64,000 nucleotides of DNA from a virus (IMGVR_UViG_3300037512_000782:124732-188731); one strand, 5' to 3'; positions 21,492-32,576 are shown, counted from the stretch's first letter. Notes: generated from the letters alone by a model not told the origin. Made by a program: numbers and translations.

Positions 21492-23430
21492 TAGAGTTAA
21501 CTTGCTTGACGTCAATCCGCTTGAACGCATTACTGGTGATGTGGCTATATCCCAGTTCAACTACGAGAGCATCATGAATGGTCTCGTACAGTGGGATCAG
21601 AGCCATAACGACAACATCACCATTAGGCTGGCAACTCGTACGGATCCTTACTTCGTCGATTACACCATACCGACAAAGTATTTCTACGACAAGAACTACG
21701 GCACTATCAATTCTGCCGTTCTTCTTGAGCCGAAGGCGTACGCATACAAGAACCGCGTGAAGCTTCCGGTGTCTATTGAAGACCCGGTGACGCTGCGCAT
21801 CAACGCGGTCGATGTCGGCGATACGAAGTGGCGCTTGTATGAAGAAGCTATCGTGTATGATGAATTCGATTACGAAGAGTACAAAGAACACGAAGTACTT
21901 GTAGAGAACGCATGGCTCGTTAAGTCTGCGAATAGTTTCAAACACTCATACGACAAGGCTGGTTTGTATTTCCGTATATACGACATGACCAGCCAGATGT
22001 TTGTTATGTATGAAACGCTTGAAGCGGTTGAAACGGATGAACCGATTGCTAGTGGCGATGCTATAGGTGCCGACACCGATGGCTATATCTATCGAGATAA
22101 TACTCCGATTGCCAAGCGTGTGTGCGTCCATACGATGCGTCAAATGCCGGATTCGAATGCGTTCAAGTTCTATTTCAAATATATGGCAAGTGATACAGCA
22201 CACGGTACGATATATTCGAAAGAGCCGAACCGACAAGCCAATCCCTCGACGGGATTTGACAATCCTTTGAGTGGTTATGCGATGTACTGCTACGCGCACA
22301 ATATCGACGAGACTTATCACGAAGGCGAAATGGTATATTGCCTTGGCGATTTCTATGTCAGTCTGAGCGATACTCCAAGCGTACCGCCAGCAATCATTTC
22401 CGTACCGGATCAGAGTATCGACGATTATGTTGGCTATCATTTGTACCAAGTATACGCGACCGAATGGGCTCGTACCCTTTTGCTTCCGTTTGACAACAAT
22501 TCGATTACTGGTTCTGGTGTCATCCGCATGACGGCCAACACCGACATTTCTGCGTTCGTACTTCGTAACATTGGCAAGAACGAATCTAGCGAAAAGACCA
22601 GTATCTCAGTGATGGGAACGATTGCAATTATTGGAACCGAGACTGACCAGACGACTGGCGTCAACATCGTTTCGACCAGTAATTACGCAAACTGGCCGGA
22701 GTTCACTGCGACCAAGTGGAACGAGGGAGCTTCTTACCAGACAAACGCTAGCTTGTCCGCATTCGACAAGCAAGACTATTCTGCCGTTATGGTGTTCAAG
22801 CACTACGGCGATGACGACAATTACCGCTACAAGAACATCATCAACTACGATGGCCCAGACGTCGACCAAGGTCTTTGCATCTTGCTGCCAGTCACCATCA
22901 GCGATGAGAACAACGTCACCCACGATCCGGCTGACGGCTGCATGCTGGACTTCATGTTCAACATCTGGCCTAACCACAAGTATGACGGTCGCCCAGTGAA
23001 CGACTTGATAATCAACAAGTCGCAGATCTACGTGTACAGCGTTCCGGACTATAGCGAATACAAGCTCAAGGGCTTCAACGTCAATACGGTCGAACCGATC
23101 GCCAAGTTCAGCATGGCTCGATTGGTGAACTTCCACGTGTTCAACGAGAACATCGGTGTGCCGGACAGACCGACTGTATACAAGGCTCGGTTCATCTACT
23201 CGAAGAAGGAAAAGCGCTGGAAGACATACGACTACTACCAGCTGCCAGATCACATCTTCTTGTCGCCGCACGGCTTCGTCGATCCTAGCGACCCGAAGGC
23301 GTACAGCGTACAGACCGCTGGGTTCCCGCTGTTCCAGAATCCGTTCAGCGATTTCGACTTGTCTGCGGTTCATGTCGACTCGACATACCGAAATCAGATA
23401 CAGAATCCGGACATAAGTACCGAAGAATAA
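21481..23430 (+). CDS. Putative virion structural protein
   Basis: 650 aa ORF overlapping the preceding fibre gene; no catalytic motif recognised. Confidence 0.5.
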   Translation: MPTNRVNLLDVNPLERITGDVAISQFNYESIMNGLVQWDQSHNDNITIRLATRTDPYFVDYTIPTKYFYDKNYGTINSAVLLEPKAYAYKNRVKLPVSIEDPVTLRINAVDVGDTKWRLYEEAIVYDEFDYEEYKEHEVLVENAWLVKSANSFKHSYDKAGLYFRIYDMTSQMFVMYETLEAVETDEPIASGDAIGADTDGYIYRDNTPIAKRVCVHTMRQMPDSNAFKFYFKYMASDTAHGTIYSKEPNRQANPSTGFDNPLSGYAMYCYAHNIDETYHEGEMVYCLGDFYVSLSDTPSVPPAIISVPDQSIDDYVGYHLYQVYATEWARTLLLPFDNNSITGSGVIRMTANTDISAFVLRNIGKNESSEKTSISVMGTIAIIGTETDQTTGVNIVSTSNYANWPEFTATKWNEGASYQTNASLSAFDKQDYSAVMVFKHYGDDDNYRYKNIINYDGPDVDQGLCILLPVTISDENNVTHDPADGCMLDFMFNIWPNHKYDGRPVNDLIINKSQIYVYSVPDYSEYKLKGFNVNTVEPIAKFSMARLVNFHVFNENIGVPDRPTVYKARFIYSKKEKRWKTYDYYQLPDHIFLSPHGFVDPSDPKAYSVQTAGFPLFQNPFSDFDLSAVHVDSTYRNQIQNPDISTEE

Positions 23431-23437
23431 TCCTCAG

Positions 23438-23460
23438 AACGGCGCGAAAGCGCCGTTTTC
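23438..23460 (+). terminator. Rho-independent terminator
   Basis: AACGGCGC-GAAA-GCGCCGTT plus T-run. Confidence 0.8.
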
Positions 23461-23471
23461 GTCTATTGAAC

Positions 23472-23480
23472 TGATAAACT
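23472..23480 (+). promoter_or_regulatory. Putative late promoter TGATAAACT
   Basis: Directly after a terminator, before the 1518-aa gene. Confidence 0.6.
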
Positions 23481-23506
23481 GCGTATAGACTTTTGAACTA
23501 TGCGAC

Positions 23507-26500
23507 ATGGACGAACGAGAATTGCCGACAAACAAGATACATGACTATGTGACATGGCCGACGACTACACAGATTTTTGAAGATGGCCGTGGTGGTCTGG
23601 CGTTCCCGGATCAGAATAACAGCAACTGCCGTATCGAAGATGGACATCTGGTGTCTGACGAAGGCAAGCCAGTTTCTGTGACCGTGAAGTCGGATGTATC
23701 GTACAACATACAAGATGACGAGCATGATGTACCGTACGAAACTCCGGTATCTGCAAGTCAGATAGCGTTTACGCCGTCGTACTCGGTCGATATTGTTCCA
23801 GACCAGATCAACTTCCGTGTTGCAAAGTTTACCCACGAGGAAGGCGTCGGCGAACTTACGCTGACCGACGAAATCCCTCAAGACTTTATTCGTGAATCTG
23901 GTGTGCTCAAGGCAAACACGCCGGATACTTTGGAATGTACTACTCTAGTAGCGGCAAGCATTTCGCTAGAACGTACTTACACGGTCGACAAGGTTCTTCC
24001 GTATCATACGGTAGATAATAAAGATATCAAGATCGGTTCGACCTACTTGCCGTTCGACTGGGACAACAACGTAACGTTCGACTACTATGCTGACTTGTAT
24101 ATTGGCAACGGCGACGAAGTGTACGTATATCTGTCCCATCAAGACGATGCGTCGACCAATGGCGTCTACTGCTATACCAAGGGCAACGTCCGCAAGGTGG
24201 CATTTGCGCCTATTGACGACACGGCTGATGCTAACGCGCTTGCCGCATTGACCGATCCTACGGTTAACGATAACGTCGAATGCGATAACCATTATCGTAA
24301 GGCTTACTCTCATCGCGAAGTGTATGACGCTACCCATCAGAAGGTTGGCGAGGTGACTGGTTTTGGCGTAAAGTCTATGGCAATGACTGACTGCGACGGC
24401 GGTCTGGTCGACTGGTTCACGTCCAACGGCGAAGTGAATATCGGTAACGGACATAGCAACGTGTTCGTGACTGGATTCGGTCTGGGCGGAATGTACAATG
24501 CCGCGTCAGCCAACGTCACGAAGCAAGAGAAGGTGCCAAGAGACGACTATAACGAAAACGACCGCAAGACGCTTCATCCGTGGCTTGAATGGGCATACGG
24601 AACCCGTTATGATGCGCAGACTTCTACCAACGTAGCAGCGCTTCCGCGTGACTGGCCGTTTACCTACATGACATCCGATAGGCCGATTTTCAACCGCCTT
24701 ACTGACACGAGCAACATCACGTTCGTAAAGAGCTGTGAAGAAGGCGTCGGTAATCTTGAACGCGACGTGGAAACCGAGGAAATCGACCCGACAACACACG
24801 CGCCGATTACCGAGCATGTGTTTAACAACCGTCACCACATCGTACTTTATCCAGACTACAGAAAGATTACGAACAAGCAGGGCTATCAGAATGGCTCCGT
24901 TGTTGTAAAGCCGTTGTTCCTACATCTTCCGGCCACGTTGGATACGAAGGACGGCGAGACGATCGACATCACGATGTCGATCCAGAACGTCGACCCAGAA
25001 GCGTTCGGTGACGGACAGTCCCCAGAGGCCGCATTGAGTGGCTATTACGCCGCGATGGCGCAGCCGCGTGTCTATGTCATGGGCGGTGTTCAGTATTTCA
25101 GCAACAAGAAGCTGCTGATCGATAACATTGACAAGATTACGGTCGAAGAAGGCGAAGAACCTAAATATACGTTCACGTCGTCCAATACGGCGTACAAGAA
25201 CGATGGCAAGACACCGCTTGACCCAGACACTCATGTCCGTGCGAATATCGTCGCGATGAATGGAAACTCCACTGGTGAACGCCGTACGTTCCCTATGTAT
25301 GGCGTTGTCATATCGAATGACGAAACTGGTTGCGAGATTGAATTTACTGGAGAGTTCCCTTATACAGAATTTGTACCGTATGATCGCAATAGTTCTATGG
25401 GTCGCCGCAAGACGTTCCATATCTGCGGCATGGCCTATCTCGTAAGTGGCGACAATCCGTCGGAGACTCCGATGGGATTGGTGAGCCGTGAGTTCGAATT
25501 GCACCGCAACGAAGGCGACGCAGCCGGAGATGCTGGCGCTGGTTCCGATGGCGACTTGGACGCATACAACAAGTTCTATGCGATTGATTCCGACAACGAG
25601 CACATGGTCAACATGCCGAAGGTGGACAAGCGCTACGTGCTTGCTACGGTCTACCAGACGGCGACCAGTACTTTCCCTTGGGCATTGTCCAACCGTAGGA
25701 AACTTGCGACGATATCGCAGAGCTGGACTGACGAATTCGACCGTGACCGCAACGGACACAAGTCGTTGCTGCATCTTATCTATGATGAGAACCGCAGTCT
25801 ATACGACACCGTGTATCCGTCATTATTAGCCGCTGATGAAAAGCATCGTAGGAAGGCTACCTATGCGACCCGATACTTGATGTCAATGATGAGCACGGCA
25901 TCTTGGGTATCGATTGCATCGTTCATGCGTATCTCGTTAGCGGAACACTTTGATGATTCTCCGATGACAATCGACTATGGAAACCCGGTGCGCGTTGCCA
26001 ATCTTCTTGTCGACATGTTGGCCGATGACTTCAAGACGCTGCGTATGCTTGCTTATAAAGGCAACAAGAAACCGCGTACGAAGATCAGTAGCATATCTAT
26101 CAATGCTGGCACTACATGGCCGGAGCCGAATGACGTGCTGTCGGCTGATATCACGAATCCGATCTCGTCTGAATGGAATGATGTCCCCCAATGGGGCAAG
26201 GACATGGTCAATTCCGCGTGGTGCAGCAAGCTTCGCAACTTGCCGGAATATATCACCAAGCCGGAAATTACTATTGTACCATGTATCTTCTCGGACACTG
26301 ACGAAAACCACTGGTTCTCTTATATCAGTGACGAAAACTATCCGTACCAGTGTGACGATTTGGAACACTCTAGCGCCGCGACGGAAACGTTGCCGTACAC
26401 GCCAGATTCTAAATGTCATAGGTATTCCAGCAACTCTGTTGTTAACTTGCTGAAGGGATTGGTGTACAGCAACTCGGAAGCCCAGCGGAGCATGATGATC

Positions 26501-28063
26501 GATGTTCGTCGTTATGCGGAAACCGTAAGCGCTATACGTATAAATGAAGAAGATTACATGACGTTGTCGAATATCGGTGGTACTTCGACGTACGAATACG
26601 ACACGATGGATGACTATGATCCGTCGCAGACGATACAGGTTCGCACGGAAGCTCCGAGCCATACCGATACGGAATGGATGAACCCGTTCACGAACATCCA
26701 GTCGATTGATACGGTGCCGTATCCAGAAATCACGATGGGCGAGTTGGCGAGCTTACCAGAAAATCAGCGCGTATTTGCGTCTGCTGATGTGGCCCAGATG
26801 TATCGATATGAATACGACGATGCGGACGATGACGTTACATCGGTATCTTCTGTCATGCCGACTGAAACTGCTTTGGCAAAGTGCTTGGAAAGTTATGTCA
26901 CCGCTTATGCCGCGAAGCTTGATTTGCATCAGTATCAAGGCTCTCGTGTATTGCTGAAGGACGGAAAGTTCCAAGAATCTAACGACCCAATCTATGTACG
27001 TACGATTTCTCGCGTCAAGAAGCGCATGGACACTAGTCGAGTCGAGAGTGACATCATCGCGCATTATGTGAACGACTGCTTCGGCAATACGACTGCGGAT
27101 TCTCGTGATCCGAACGTCGACCACGCCGATGTGAATGCCGTGTCTATCGGCATGTCTGCGCCACCGTACGTGACTCCGTCGAACTACAAGAATCAGACCT
27201 ATACTAGGGTGTACATGCAGTTCACCTTCTCTCAGAAGGCTGGCCGCTGGTACACTACGGAATACCGCCAGTATCCGACGAACTACTTGAGTCCGCTTTA
27301 TGGAGCGGATGCCTTGGGCGCAACACTGCCATCATTGTGGACAGCGGCTGGAACGATCACCGTAAAGTACGACACGATTTCGCACAATTTTATCCATAAC
27401 GAAGTCGAAAGGAATATCTGGAGAAACCCGCTGTGCGACGATGCATTCGGTTCGTACCGCAGCAACATGTATCTTCCGTACAGCTTCGTTCCTCCGATGG
27501 ACATTACGCTTGGATGCGTTCCGTACCTCACTACTGGCTGTGTATATGACTATGACCACACGGGTAAAATTCGCCCAGAGTATCAAACCGCTGACGACAG
27601 CGCAGACCTTCGTCCGTTGAGCCGTCTCGAACGTCCGTACTTGCCGATAGAGCAAGGCGGTATCGGTCTGTATCCGCCAGCGAATGTGAACGGCGGTTAC
27701 TCTGCGGCAACCGATGCTGGCATACACGCGAATTTCTGGTCTGTGCGAAAGTTCATCCGTCCAGCCGTCAGTGTGCTGGCTGGAACCGATGTCCCTGGCC
27801 ATGACGAGTATCCAGAATCCGGAACACCAGTGCCATCGAGAAAGGGCGGTGTCATTTCTGACGCTACTCTGTACCGCATGTTCGACTTCCCGACTGCTGG
27901 CGTGATCGATTATAAGCTTCCGAGTACGACCAATCCGGATGACGATATGGCAAAGACTTACTTGCTGTACCATGAAGGCAACGACGATGGAATTATCCGT
28001 GCTAATGCAGACGCTCTAGGCTATGGCGTTAGCGAAAGTGAACAAGATATTGATAGGAACTAG
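23507..28063 (+). CDS. Large putative virion structural protein
   Basis: 1518 aa; late-promoter motif upstream; C-terminal VYMQFTFSQKAGRWYTTEYRQ resembles YKARFIYSKKEKRWKTYDYYQ in the preceding protein. Confidence 0.5.
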   Translation: MDERELPTNKIHDYVTWPTTTQIFEDGRGGLAFPDQNNSNCRIEDGHLVSDEGKPVSVTVKSDVSYNIQDDEHDVPYETPVSASQIAFTPSYSVDIVPDQINFRVAKFTHEEGVGELTLTDEIPQDFIRESGVLKANTPDTLECTTLVAASISLERTYTVDKVLPYHTVDNKDIKIGSTYLPFDWDNNVTFDYYADLYIGNGDEVYVYLSHQDDASTNGVYCYTKGNVRKVAFAPIDDTADANALAALTDPTVNDNVECDNHYRKAYSHREVYDATHQKVGEVTGFGVKSMAMTDCDGGLVDWFTSNGEVNIGNGHSNVFVTGFGLGGMYNAASANVTKQEKVPRDDYNENDRKTLHPWLEWAYGTRYDAQTSTNVAALPRDWPFTYMTSDRPIFNRLTDTSNITFVKSCEEGVGNLERDVETEEIDPTTHAPITEHVFNNRHHIVLYPDYRKITNKQGYQNGSVVVKPLFLHLPATLDTKDGETIDITMSIQNVDPEAFGDGQSPEAALSGYYAAMAQPRVYVMGGVQYFSNKKLLIDNIDKITVEEGEEPKYTFTSSNTAYKNDGKTPLDPDTHVRANIVAMNGNSTGERRTFPMYGVVISNDETGCEIEFTGEFPYTEFVPYDRNSSMGRRKTFHICGMAYLVSGDNPSETPMGLVSREFELHRNEGDAAGDAGAGSDGDLDAYNKFYAIDSDNEHMVNMPKVDKRYVLATVYQTATSTFPWALSNRRKLATISQSWTDEFDRDRNGHKSLLHLIYDENRSLYDTVYPSLLAADEKHRRKATYATRYLMSMMSTASWVSIASFMRISLAEHFDDSPMTIDYGNPVRVANLLVDMLADDFKTLRMLAYKGNKKPRTKISSISINAGTTWPEPNDVLSADITNPISSEWNDVPQWGKDMVNSAWCSKLRNLPEYITKPEITIVPCIFSDTDENHWFSYISDENYPYQCDDLEHSSAATETLPYTPDSKCHRYSSNSVVNLLKGLVYSNSEAQRSMMIDVRRYAETVSAIRINEEDYMTLSNIGGTSTYEYDTMDDYDPSQTIQVRTEAPSHTDTEWMNPFTNIQSIDTVPYPEITMGELASLPENQRVFASADVAQMYRYEYDDADDDVTSVSSVMPTETALAKCLESYVTAYAAKLDLHQYQGSRVLLKDGKFQESNDPIYVRTISRVKKRMDTSRVESDIIAHYVNDCFGNTTADSRDPNVDHADVNAVSIGMSAPPYVTPSNYKNQTYTRVYMQFTFSQKAGRWYTTEYRQYPTNYLSPLYGADALGATLPSLWTAAGTITVKYDTISHNFIHNEVERNIWRNPLCDDAFGSYRSNMYLPYSFVPPMDITLGCVPYLTTGCVYDYDHTGKIRPEYQTADDSADLRPLSRLERPYLPIEQGGIGLYPPANVNGGYSAATDAGIHANFWSVRKFIRPAVSVLAGTDVPGHDEYPESGTPVPSRKGGVISDATLYRMFDFPTAGVIDYKLPSTTNPDDDMAKTYLLYHEGNDDGIIRANADALGYGVSESEQDIDRN

Positions 28064-28071
28064 GAGTTGAT

Positions 28072-29079
28072 ATGGCTCAACCAAACTTGATACCAAAAAG
28101 AATTTCGGCGATGCCTCCGATGACGGACATCACTGCGGAAATGGAAAACAAGGAGGATGCCGCCAAGTGGGCTATGGCGGTTGATTCGCTTTGCCGAAGC
28201 AACGTAGAAGACTGTCCCCCGGATAGTGGTTTATTTTCTGGCGAGGAAGATAAAGGTACTTTATATGTACCTATGAGTCGTTTGGCGCTCCGTGATACAA
28301 ACGGACTGATACCAGCATCTATGCTTCCGATGCATATTGATGATATGATTTTCGGTACACTGACGGTGACAAGCAGTAAGGCGTCGTTTGCGGAAACTCC
28401 TCCAACTGGAGGTACACCGCATGTATATGTATCTCCGCACGATCAGCGTAGCACAGGAGAATTGCCGCCTCCAGAGAACATTATTTACTGTGATACCTCG
28501 ACGGATATCCAATATCGGTTTACTGGCGAAACATCGTCGAGTACAGACATAAATCACTTTGGTTTTACTGAGGTGCCGGGTTCACGTGCGGTAAATCCAG
28601 GATATGGTATTGAAATTACGAAAGCCGCCGACGCTAATCTGACCGTAAATGCAAAGAAGGCGGACTTCTTTACTTCGTACGGTGCATCGACTGCCGAAAC
28701 TGTCAACTCTACGGCAAGTAATATTCCGTTGAATTCTGTGTCGACTGAGAGCTCTACCATCGAAGCGACGATCGCCTCGAATCGTTTGACGAAACTTACA
28801 AATTTGATTGGCGGCGCTCGCTATGCGATGAACTTGCAGCTTGAATGCACACCAGTTGCATTAAGCGCGAACGTCATCGACGTGTCGGTGACTTGCGGTA
28901 CTGTACCAGTAATGAAGCAGCAGATGGATATGTCTGGGCCGACAGGTAAGGCGACAGTGTTGAACTATTTCTGTGAGTTCAAGCATGGCGACAACAGCAC
29001 TGAACTTACTGTCACTATTGCCGCTGAAGAAGCGATAACGGTGAAGACGACAAGGTTCACTGTATTCGAGCTACTGTAG
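28072..29079 (+). CDS. Putative tail-fibre-associated protein
   Basis: LRDTNGLIPASMLPMHIDD resembles the LD.NGKVP.SQLP..VDD motif of phage fibre proteins. Confidence 0.45.
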   Translation: MAQPNLIPKRISAMPPMTDITAEMENKEDAAKWAMAVDSLCRSNVEDCPPDSGLFSGEEDKGTLYVPMSRLALRDTNGLIPASMLPMHIDDMIFGTLTVTSSKASFAETPPTGGTPHVYVSPHDQRSTGELPPPENIIYCDTSTDIQYRFTGETSSSTDINHFGFTEVPGSRAVNPGYGIEITKAADANLTVNAKKADFFTSYGASTAETVNSTASNIPLNSVSTESSTIEATIASNRLTKLTNLIGGARYAMNLQLECTPVALSANVIDVSVTCGTVPVMKQQMDMSGPTGKATVLNYFCEFKHGDNSTELTVTIAAEEAITVKTTRFTVFELL

Positions 29080-29307
29080 CAGAAACTTCACAGCAGCTGC
29101 CAAGAATATGCCGAGTATGCAAATGCTCGGCATTCCTATTACTAGGCTCCAGAACACTCGGCGTATATTCCATTTCTTGTCTTCGTTGTTGTAGAGGCCG
29201 ACATGCCCCATGGCGATATGGAACTCTACGATGGCGAACATGTAGATCAGCTCCAGTATGTTCACATACGGAGTTCCGGTGGAATTTGAATCGATCTCTC
29301 TAATCAT
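29071..29307 (-). CDS. Small membrane protein
   Basis: Two hydrophobic segments; co-oriented and overlapping with the neighbouring minus-strand genes. Confidence 0.5.
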   Translation of the reverse strand: MIREIDSNSTGTPYVNILELIYMFAIVEFHIAMGHVGLYNNEDKKWNIRRVFWSLVIGMPSICILGIFLAAAVKFLLQ

Positions 29308-29969
29308 GTACTAGAAATTACTTCTTCTGTGGGTTCTTCGGAACCTTCTCCGTTCTCTCCCACGACTTCTCCGTCCTCGTCGACTTCGACCTTGTCGATC
29401 CAGAGGATGACCTTTTCTTCGCCGTTCTCCGGAATCTTCATCGAGGAGACTGGCTTGAATCCGATCTCGCCAAGTATCTGCGAAGTTGTCTGGTCGCTCT
29501 CGGTCGTTGCCGCAAACAGCGGAGTGCCCAGCTTGTTGAGCTGTGCGACAAGTTCTTGCTCGACCGGGCTGTGAAGGTATTCGTCGGCGATGGCGATGAA
29601 TTCGAGCTGTACACGACCGTCAAGGTTCTGTGCGCTCTGGAGAGAATACTGGTCAAGCGGAATGTAGCCCAAGTAGGATTCCGAAGTCGGGTCGATGATG
29701 GAGGCGACTGCGACCGGAATGTTCTCGTCGGTGATGTAGACGATTGTCACCGCGTTCATCAGACGGTCAACCGTGTCTGGCGCGGCGGTTTCGGTGCTGT
29801 TGTCGCGAGGCTCGATGTCGAGCTTTCCGTCAACGAGGTCGGCGAGCTGGAACAAGACTTCCTCGGTGATGTCGCTTGGGTTCTTTGCGAACGCCTCGAA
29901 CTGGTCTGGGTTGAGACCGTCGGCAAAATCCTTCTTGAATGTGTCAAGATCGTCTTCGATGAAGTTCAT
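29304..29969 (-). CDS. Acidic hypothetical protein, possible degenerate GNAT fold
   Basis: VQLEFIAIADEYLH...ILGEIGFKPV follows GNAT strand/helix spacing but lacks the R/QxxGxG motif. Confidence 0.4.
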   Translation of the reverse strand: MNFIEDDLDTFKKDFADGLNPDQFEAFAKNPSDITEEVLFQLADLVDGKLDIEPRDNSTETAAPDTVDRLMNAVTIVYITDENIPVAVASIIDPTSESYLGYIPLDQYSLQSAQNLDGRVQLEFIAIADEYLHSPVEQELVAQLNKLGTPLFAATTESDQTTSQILGEIGFKPVSSMKIPENGEEKVILWIDKVEVDEDGEVVGENGEGSEEPTEEVISST

Positions 29970-30844
29970 TAGTTCAGCTCCTTTAGGAATTCTTCGCCCT
30001 CGACCTTGAGCGCGTTGTGGAAGTTCTGGCGGAGTCCACGAGCGAACGCAGTCGCTGCGTCTGCCTGAGCCATTTCTTGCGTATGGCGTTCCGGATCGAG
30101 CGTGTTGTTGTTCACCTTGATGGTTCCGTCCTTGAGCATCTGGTAGATGTCCTTGGCCTCTTGTGTAGCCGGGGCGTTCGCGATGGATATGCCTTCGCTG
30201 GCATCGGACTTCTCGCTGATCGCCTTGGTCTGCTCGGTAATCTTGTTCGTAATTACTTGGACGAGGTTCGGGATGATCTCGTTGCCGTCGTTGGTTTCTG
30301 TAGGGTTGATGCCGTATTCTTGAGCCACGTAGTCGATGGTGGCTTCGTGCGGCGTAAGGTCTACGCTAGGCGTACCAGCGCATCCTACTAGGCTTGGGGC
30401 TACGGCCAGCGCGGCGGTAGCGGCAGCCTTTCCAGCCTTGTGCATCATGTCGCCTACGAGACCTTCCATGAGGGCTTCGTCGTTGAGGGCTTCCGTGCCG
30501 ACCTTCAGCGCGTCGTTCAGACTGGTTTCTACGCCGACCTTGCCGACTACTCGGTACATGTCGTCGGTTCCAGTAGGGCTAGCCTCGATGACGACCGTCT
30601 GACGGTCAGCGAGCGTGAGCTTGACCTTGCCGTTCTCGCAGTCGAACACGTAGCAAGTGTCAGAAACTTGTGTTCCGTTGAACTCGGTTCCGCCGTCGTT
30701 GACGAATTTGGCAGCGCCTTCTTTGGCGAGATCCGGGTCGTTCTTGAGCTCGCATGCGAGGTACAAGCGCTTCAGCGCCTCGATCTTGGAAGCGTTATCC
30801 ATTGACTTCGCCGAGTCAAGCAGTCTGAAAAAATCGTAATTCAT
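29969..30844 (-). CDS. Hypothetical late protein (possible head-internal protein)
   Basis: Late-promoter motif upstream; internal hydrophobic AATAALAVAPSLVGC segment. Confidence 0.55.
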   Translation of the reverse strand: MNYDFFRLLDSAKSMDNASKIEALKRLYLACELKNDPDLAKEGAAKFVNDGGTEFNGTQVSDTCYVFDCENGKVKLTLADRQTVVIEASPTGTDDMYRVVGKVGVETSLNDALKVGTEALNDEALMEGLVGDMMHKAGKAAATAALAVAPSLVGCAGTPSVDLTPHEATIDYVAQEYGINPTETNDGNEIIPNLVQVITNKITEQTKAISEKSDASEGISIANAPATQEAKDIYQMLKDGTIKVNNNTLDPERHTQEMAQADAATAFARGLRQNFHNALKVEGEEFLKELN

Positions 30845-30869
30845 GGCAAAATCCTATCCTTATGTACGC

Positions 30870-30878
30870 AGTTTATCA
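30870..30878 (-). promoter_or_regulatory. Putative late promoter TGATAAACT
   Basis: Upstream of the minus-strand operon 30844-29071. Confidence 0.6.
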
Positions 30879-30883
30879 ACAAG

Positions 30884-30912
30884 TTGCCAAGAAAACTGAT
30901 AAATACTATATT
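30884..30912 (+). promoter_or_regulatory. Sigma70-like promoter
   Basis: TTGCCA-17 nt-TATATT. Confidence 0.7.
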
Positions 30913-30934
30913 AACGACTAAAACGATTTACATT

Positions 30935-31207
30935 ATGGCTAAAAGACAAACATTAGCGGATTTCAGTGACGAAATCGTGTCCGTCCCGGATTTTGCTCCG
31001 GGGCCTTACGGAATGGATTTGGTAATCCGTGGGGACATGGACGACCGTGAATGGCGTCGCTGGAACGCACTTACACAAACAAGCGAAATGAAGAAGATGA
31101 TGGGGGCCCACCGCCGCGAGAACGGCTACAAGGGATTGAGGGCCGCCGTTTTGAAGTATTTACGCGAAAACAACATCAAACTAAAGGATGACATCGAAGA
31201 TGCTTAA
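30935..31207 (+). CDS. Hypothetical protein
   Basis: ATG downstream of the sigma70-like promoter at 30884-30912. Confidence 0.55.
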   Translation: MAKRQTLADFSDEIVSVPDFAPGPYGMDLVIRGDMDDREWRRWNALTQTSEMKKMMGAHRRENGYKGLRAAVLKYLRENNIKLKDDIEDA

Positions 31208-32033
31208 CATCAAATCCGCATTTCAGCTGGTCAGCGACAGCGACCTTGCATATCTGTTCCGTCTCTGCGTAGACTCCAAGTTCGTCGAGACGAACACGCT
31301 TTACCGTTCGGCTGCGTCGAAGACCGACTTCGTCCCAGACATGGACTCCACCGTCATCAACGCATACGCAAGCCATCCGAGTGAACGCTACCGCATTCAA
31401 GTGCTCGGCGGCCTTGTGAACTGGCTTAGCCACTTCGCCTTCATCAAGACACTTTTCGACAACGGAATGCCGCTCGAAAAGGTTCTCAAGCTGGCTGAAT
31501 GGACTCGCTACCACTACTTGACCGTTGAAAAGGAAGACGGCTGGTCTCTCGAAATCACTCGCCAGATGGTGTTCGCCGTCAAGATGGACTTCGCCAAGTA
31601 CAAGATCGATTCAACCGCATTTGCTGAATGCTGGCGTTCCAATACGCTCGACATGGTGCATGCGGTGATCGCACACGAGCTCGGCCACATCTGCCTCGGC
31701 CACTGCGATATGGAAGGCTACGACGACACTCTCATGTCGTCCAACCGCAACATCGAGCGTCAGGCAGACCTCTTCTCGTTCTCCGTTCTCCAGTGCGGTT
31801 CTGGCGTAGCTGCCAAGGCCGTAGGCGCTGCGATGATCCAAGTGAGCTTCGTATGCTTTGGCATGGAATACGAAGGCGACGAAACGCATCCGAGCAGCCA
31901 TGAACGCATCGAGAACGCTATCCAGAGCTTCAAGGGCATTATCTCCGCCAAGGACGTGAACATGATCCGCAAGATGGTCGCCGCCATGGCCAAGGTGAAG
32001 GCCCCGAAGAAGCCGAAGACCAAGAAGAGGTAG
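31200..32033 (+). CDS. Zn metallopeptidase, M48-like
   Basis: VIAHELGHI (HExxH), downstream ERQADLF and THPSSHERI motifs. Confidence 0.75.
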   Translation: MLNIKSAFQLVSDSDLAYLFRLCVDSKFVETNTLYRSAASKTDFVPDMDSTVINAYASHPSERYRIQVLGGLVNWLSHFAFIKTLFDNGMPLEKVLKLAEWTRYHYLTVEKEDGWSLEITRQMVFAVKMDFAKYKIDSTAFAECWRSNTLDMVHAVIAHELGHICLGHCDMEGYDDTLMSSNRNIERQADLFSFSVLQCGSGVAAKAVGAAMIQVSFVCFGMEYEGDETHPSSHERIENAIQSFKGIISAKDVNMIRKMVAAMAKVKAPKKPKTKKR

Positions 32034-32035
32034 TC

Positions 32036-32509
32036 ATGAAGATTATCGTATCAGTAGGAGTCCAGTTCATGATGAAGGATCGTGAAATGGACATGCCGCA
32101 AATGCTTCCGAGGACGACCCATAGCTACGCAATGGATGTCAGCGTGTCGCCGGAGCTGCAGCCGTACATAGAGGAATACTCGAAGTCGGTCAACGACTCC
32201 ACATACGACCCTCAGTACGAAATCAGCAAGGTGCTTCTCGACATCATCACGCCTCGCGTGAAGAAGGCGTATCCTGAGCACTGGCGCAAGGAGAAGAACG
32301 ACGTAGGCGAGACCATCCAGTTCAAGCCATCGAAGGAGACTATACTTGAAACCGCTATCCGAATGGAAGTCGACGACAAGATCGACGAGCTTCTTGACGA
32401 GCGTAAGGACGAAGTGCTGAAGTCCCTCGAACTCAAGATGCCGGAGGATACGGACGAGGTCTATCTGGCCAATACGTTCGTGACCAACCTCGGCTGGAAA
32501 CTCGCGTAA
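32036..32509 (+). CDS. Hypothetical protein
   Basis: In-operon ORF with GAGG SD. Confidence 0.6.
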   Translation: MKIIVSVGVQFMMKDREMDMPQMLPRTTHSYAMDVSVSPELQPYIEEYSKSVNDSTYDPQYEISKVLLDIITPRVKKAYPEHWRKEKNDVGETIQFKPSKETILETAIRMEVDDKIDELLDERKDEVLKSLELKMPEDTDEVYLANTFVTNLGWKLA

Positions 32510-32523
32510 GGTTTTCCGTTAAT

Positions 32524-32560
32524 GAAAGAAAGGCGACCGCAAGGCCGCCTTTCTCTTTTT
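32524..32560. terminator. Bidirectional terminator between convergent genes
   Basis: GAAAGGCG...CGCCTTTC hairpin with A-run and T-run flanks. Confidence 0.7.
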
Positions 32561-32576
32561 ATTTCGTTGACTCGAA

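Noticed and set aside
10624-29079. Diversity-generating retroelement acting on fibre genes
   Set aside because: No reverse transcriptase and no near-identical TR/VR pair noticed in the window
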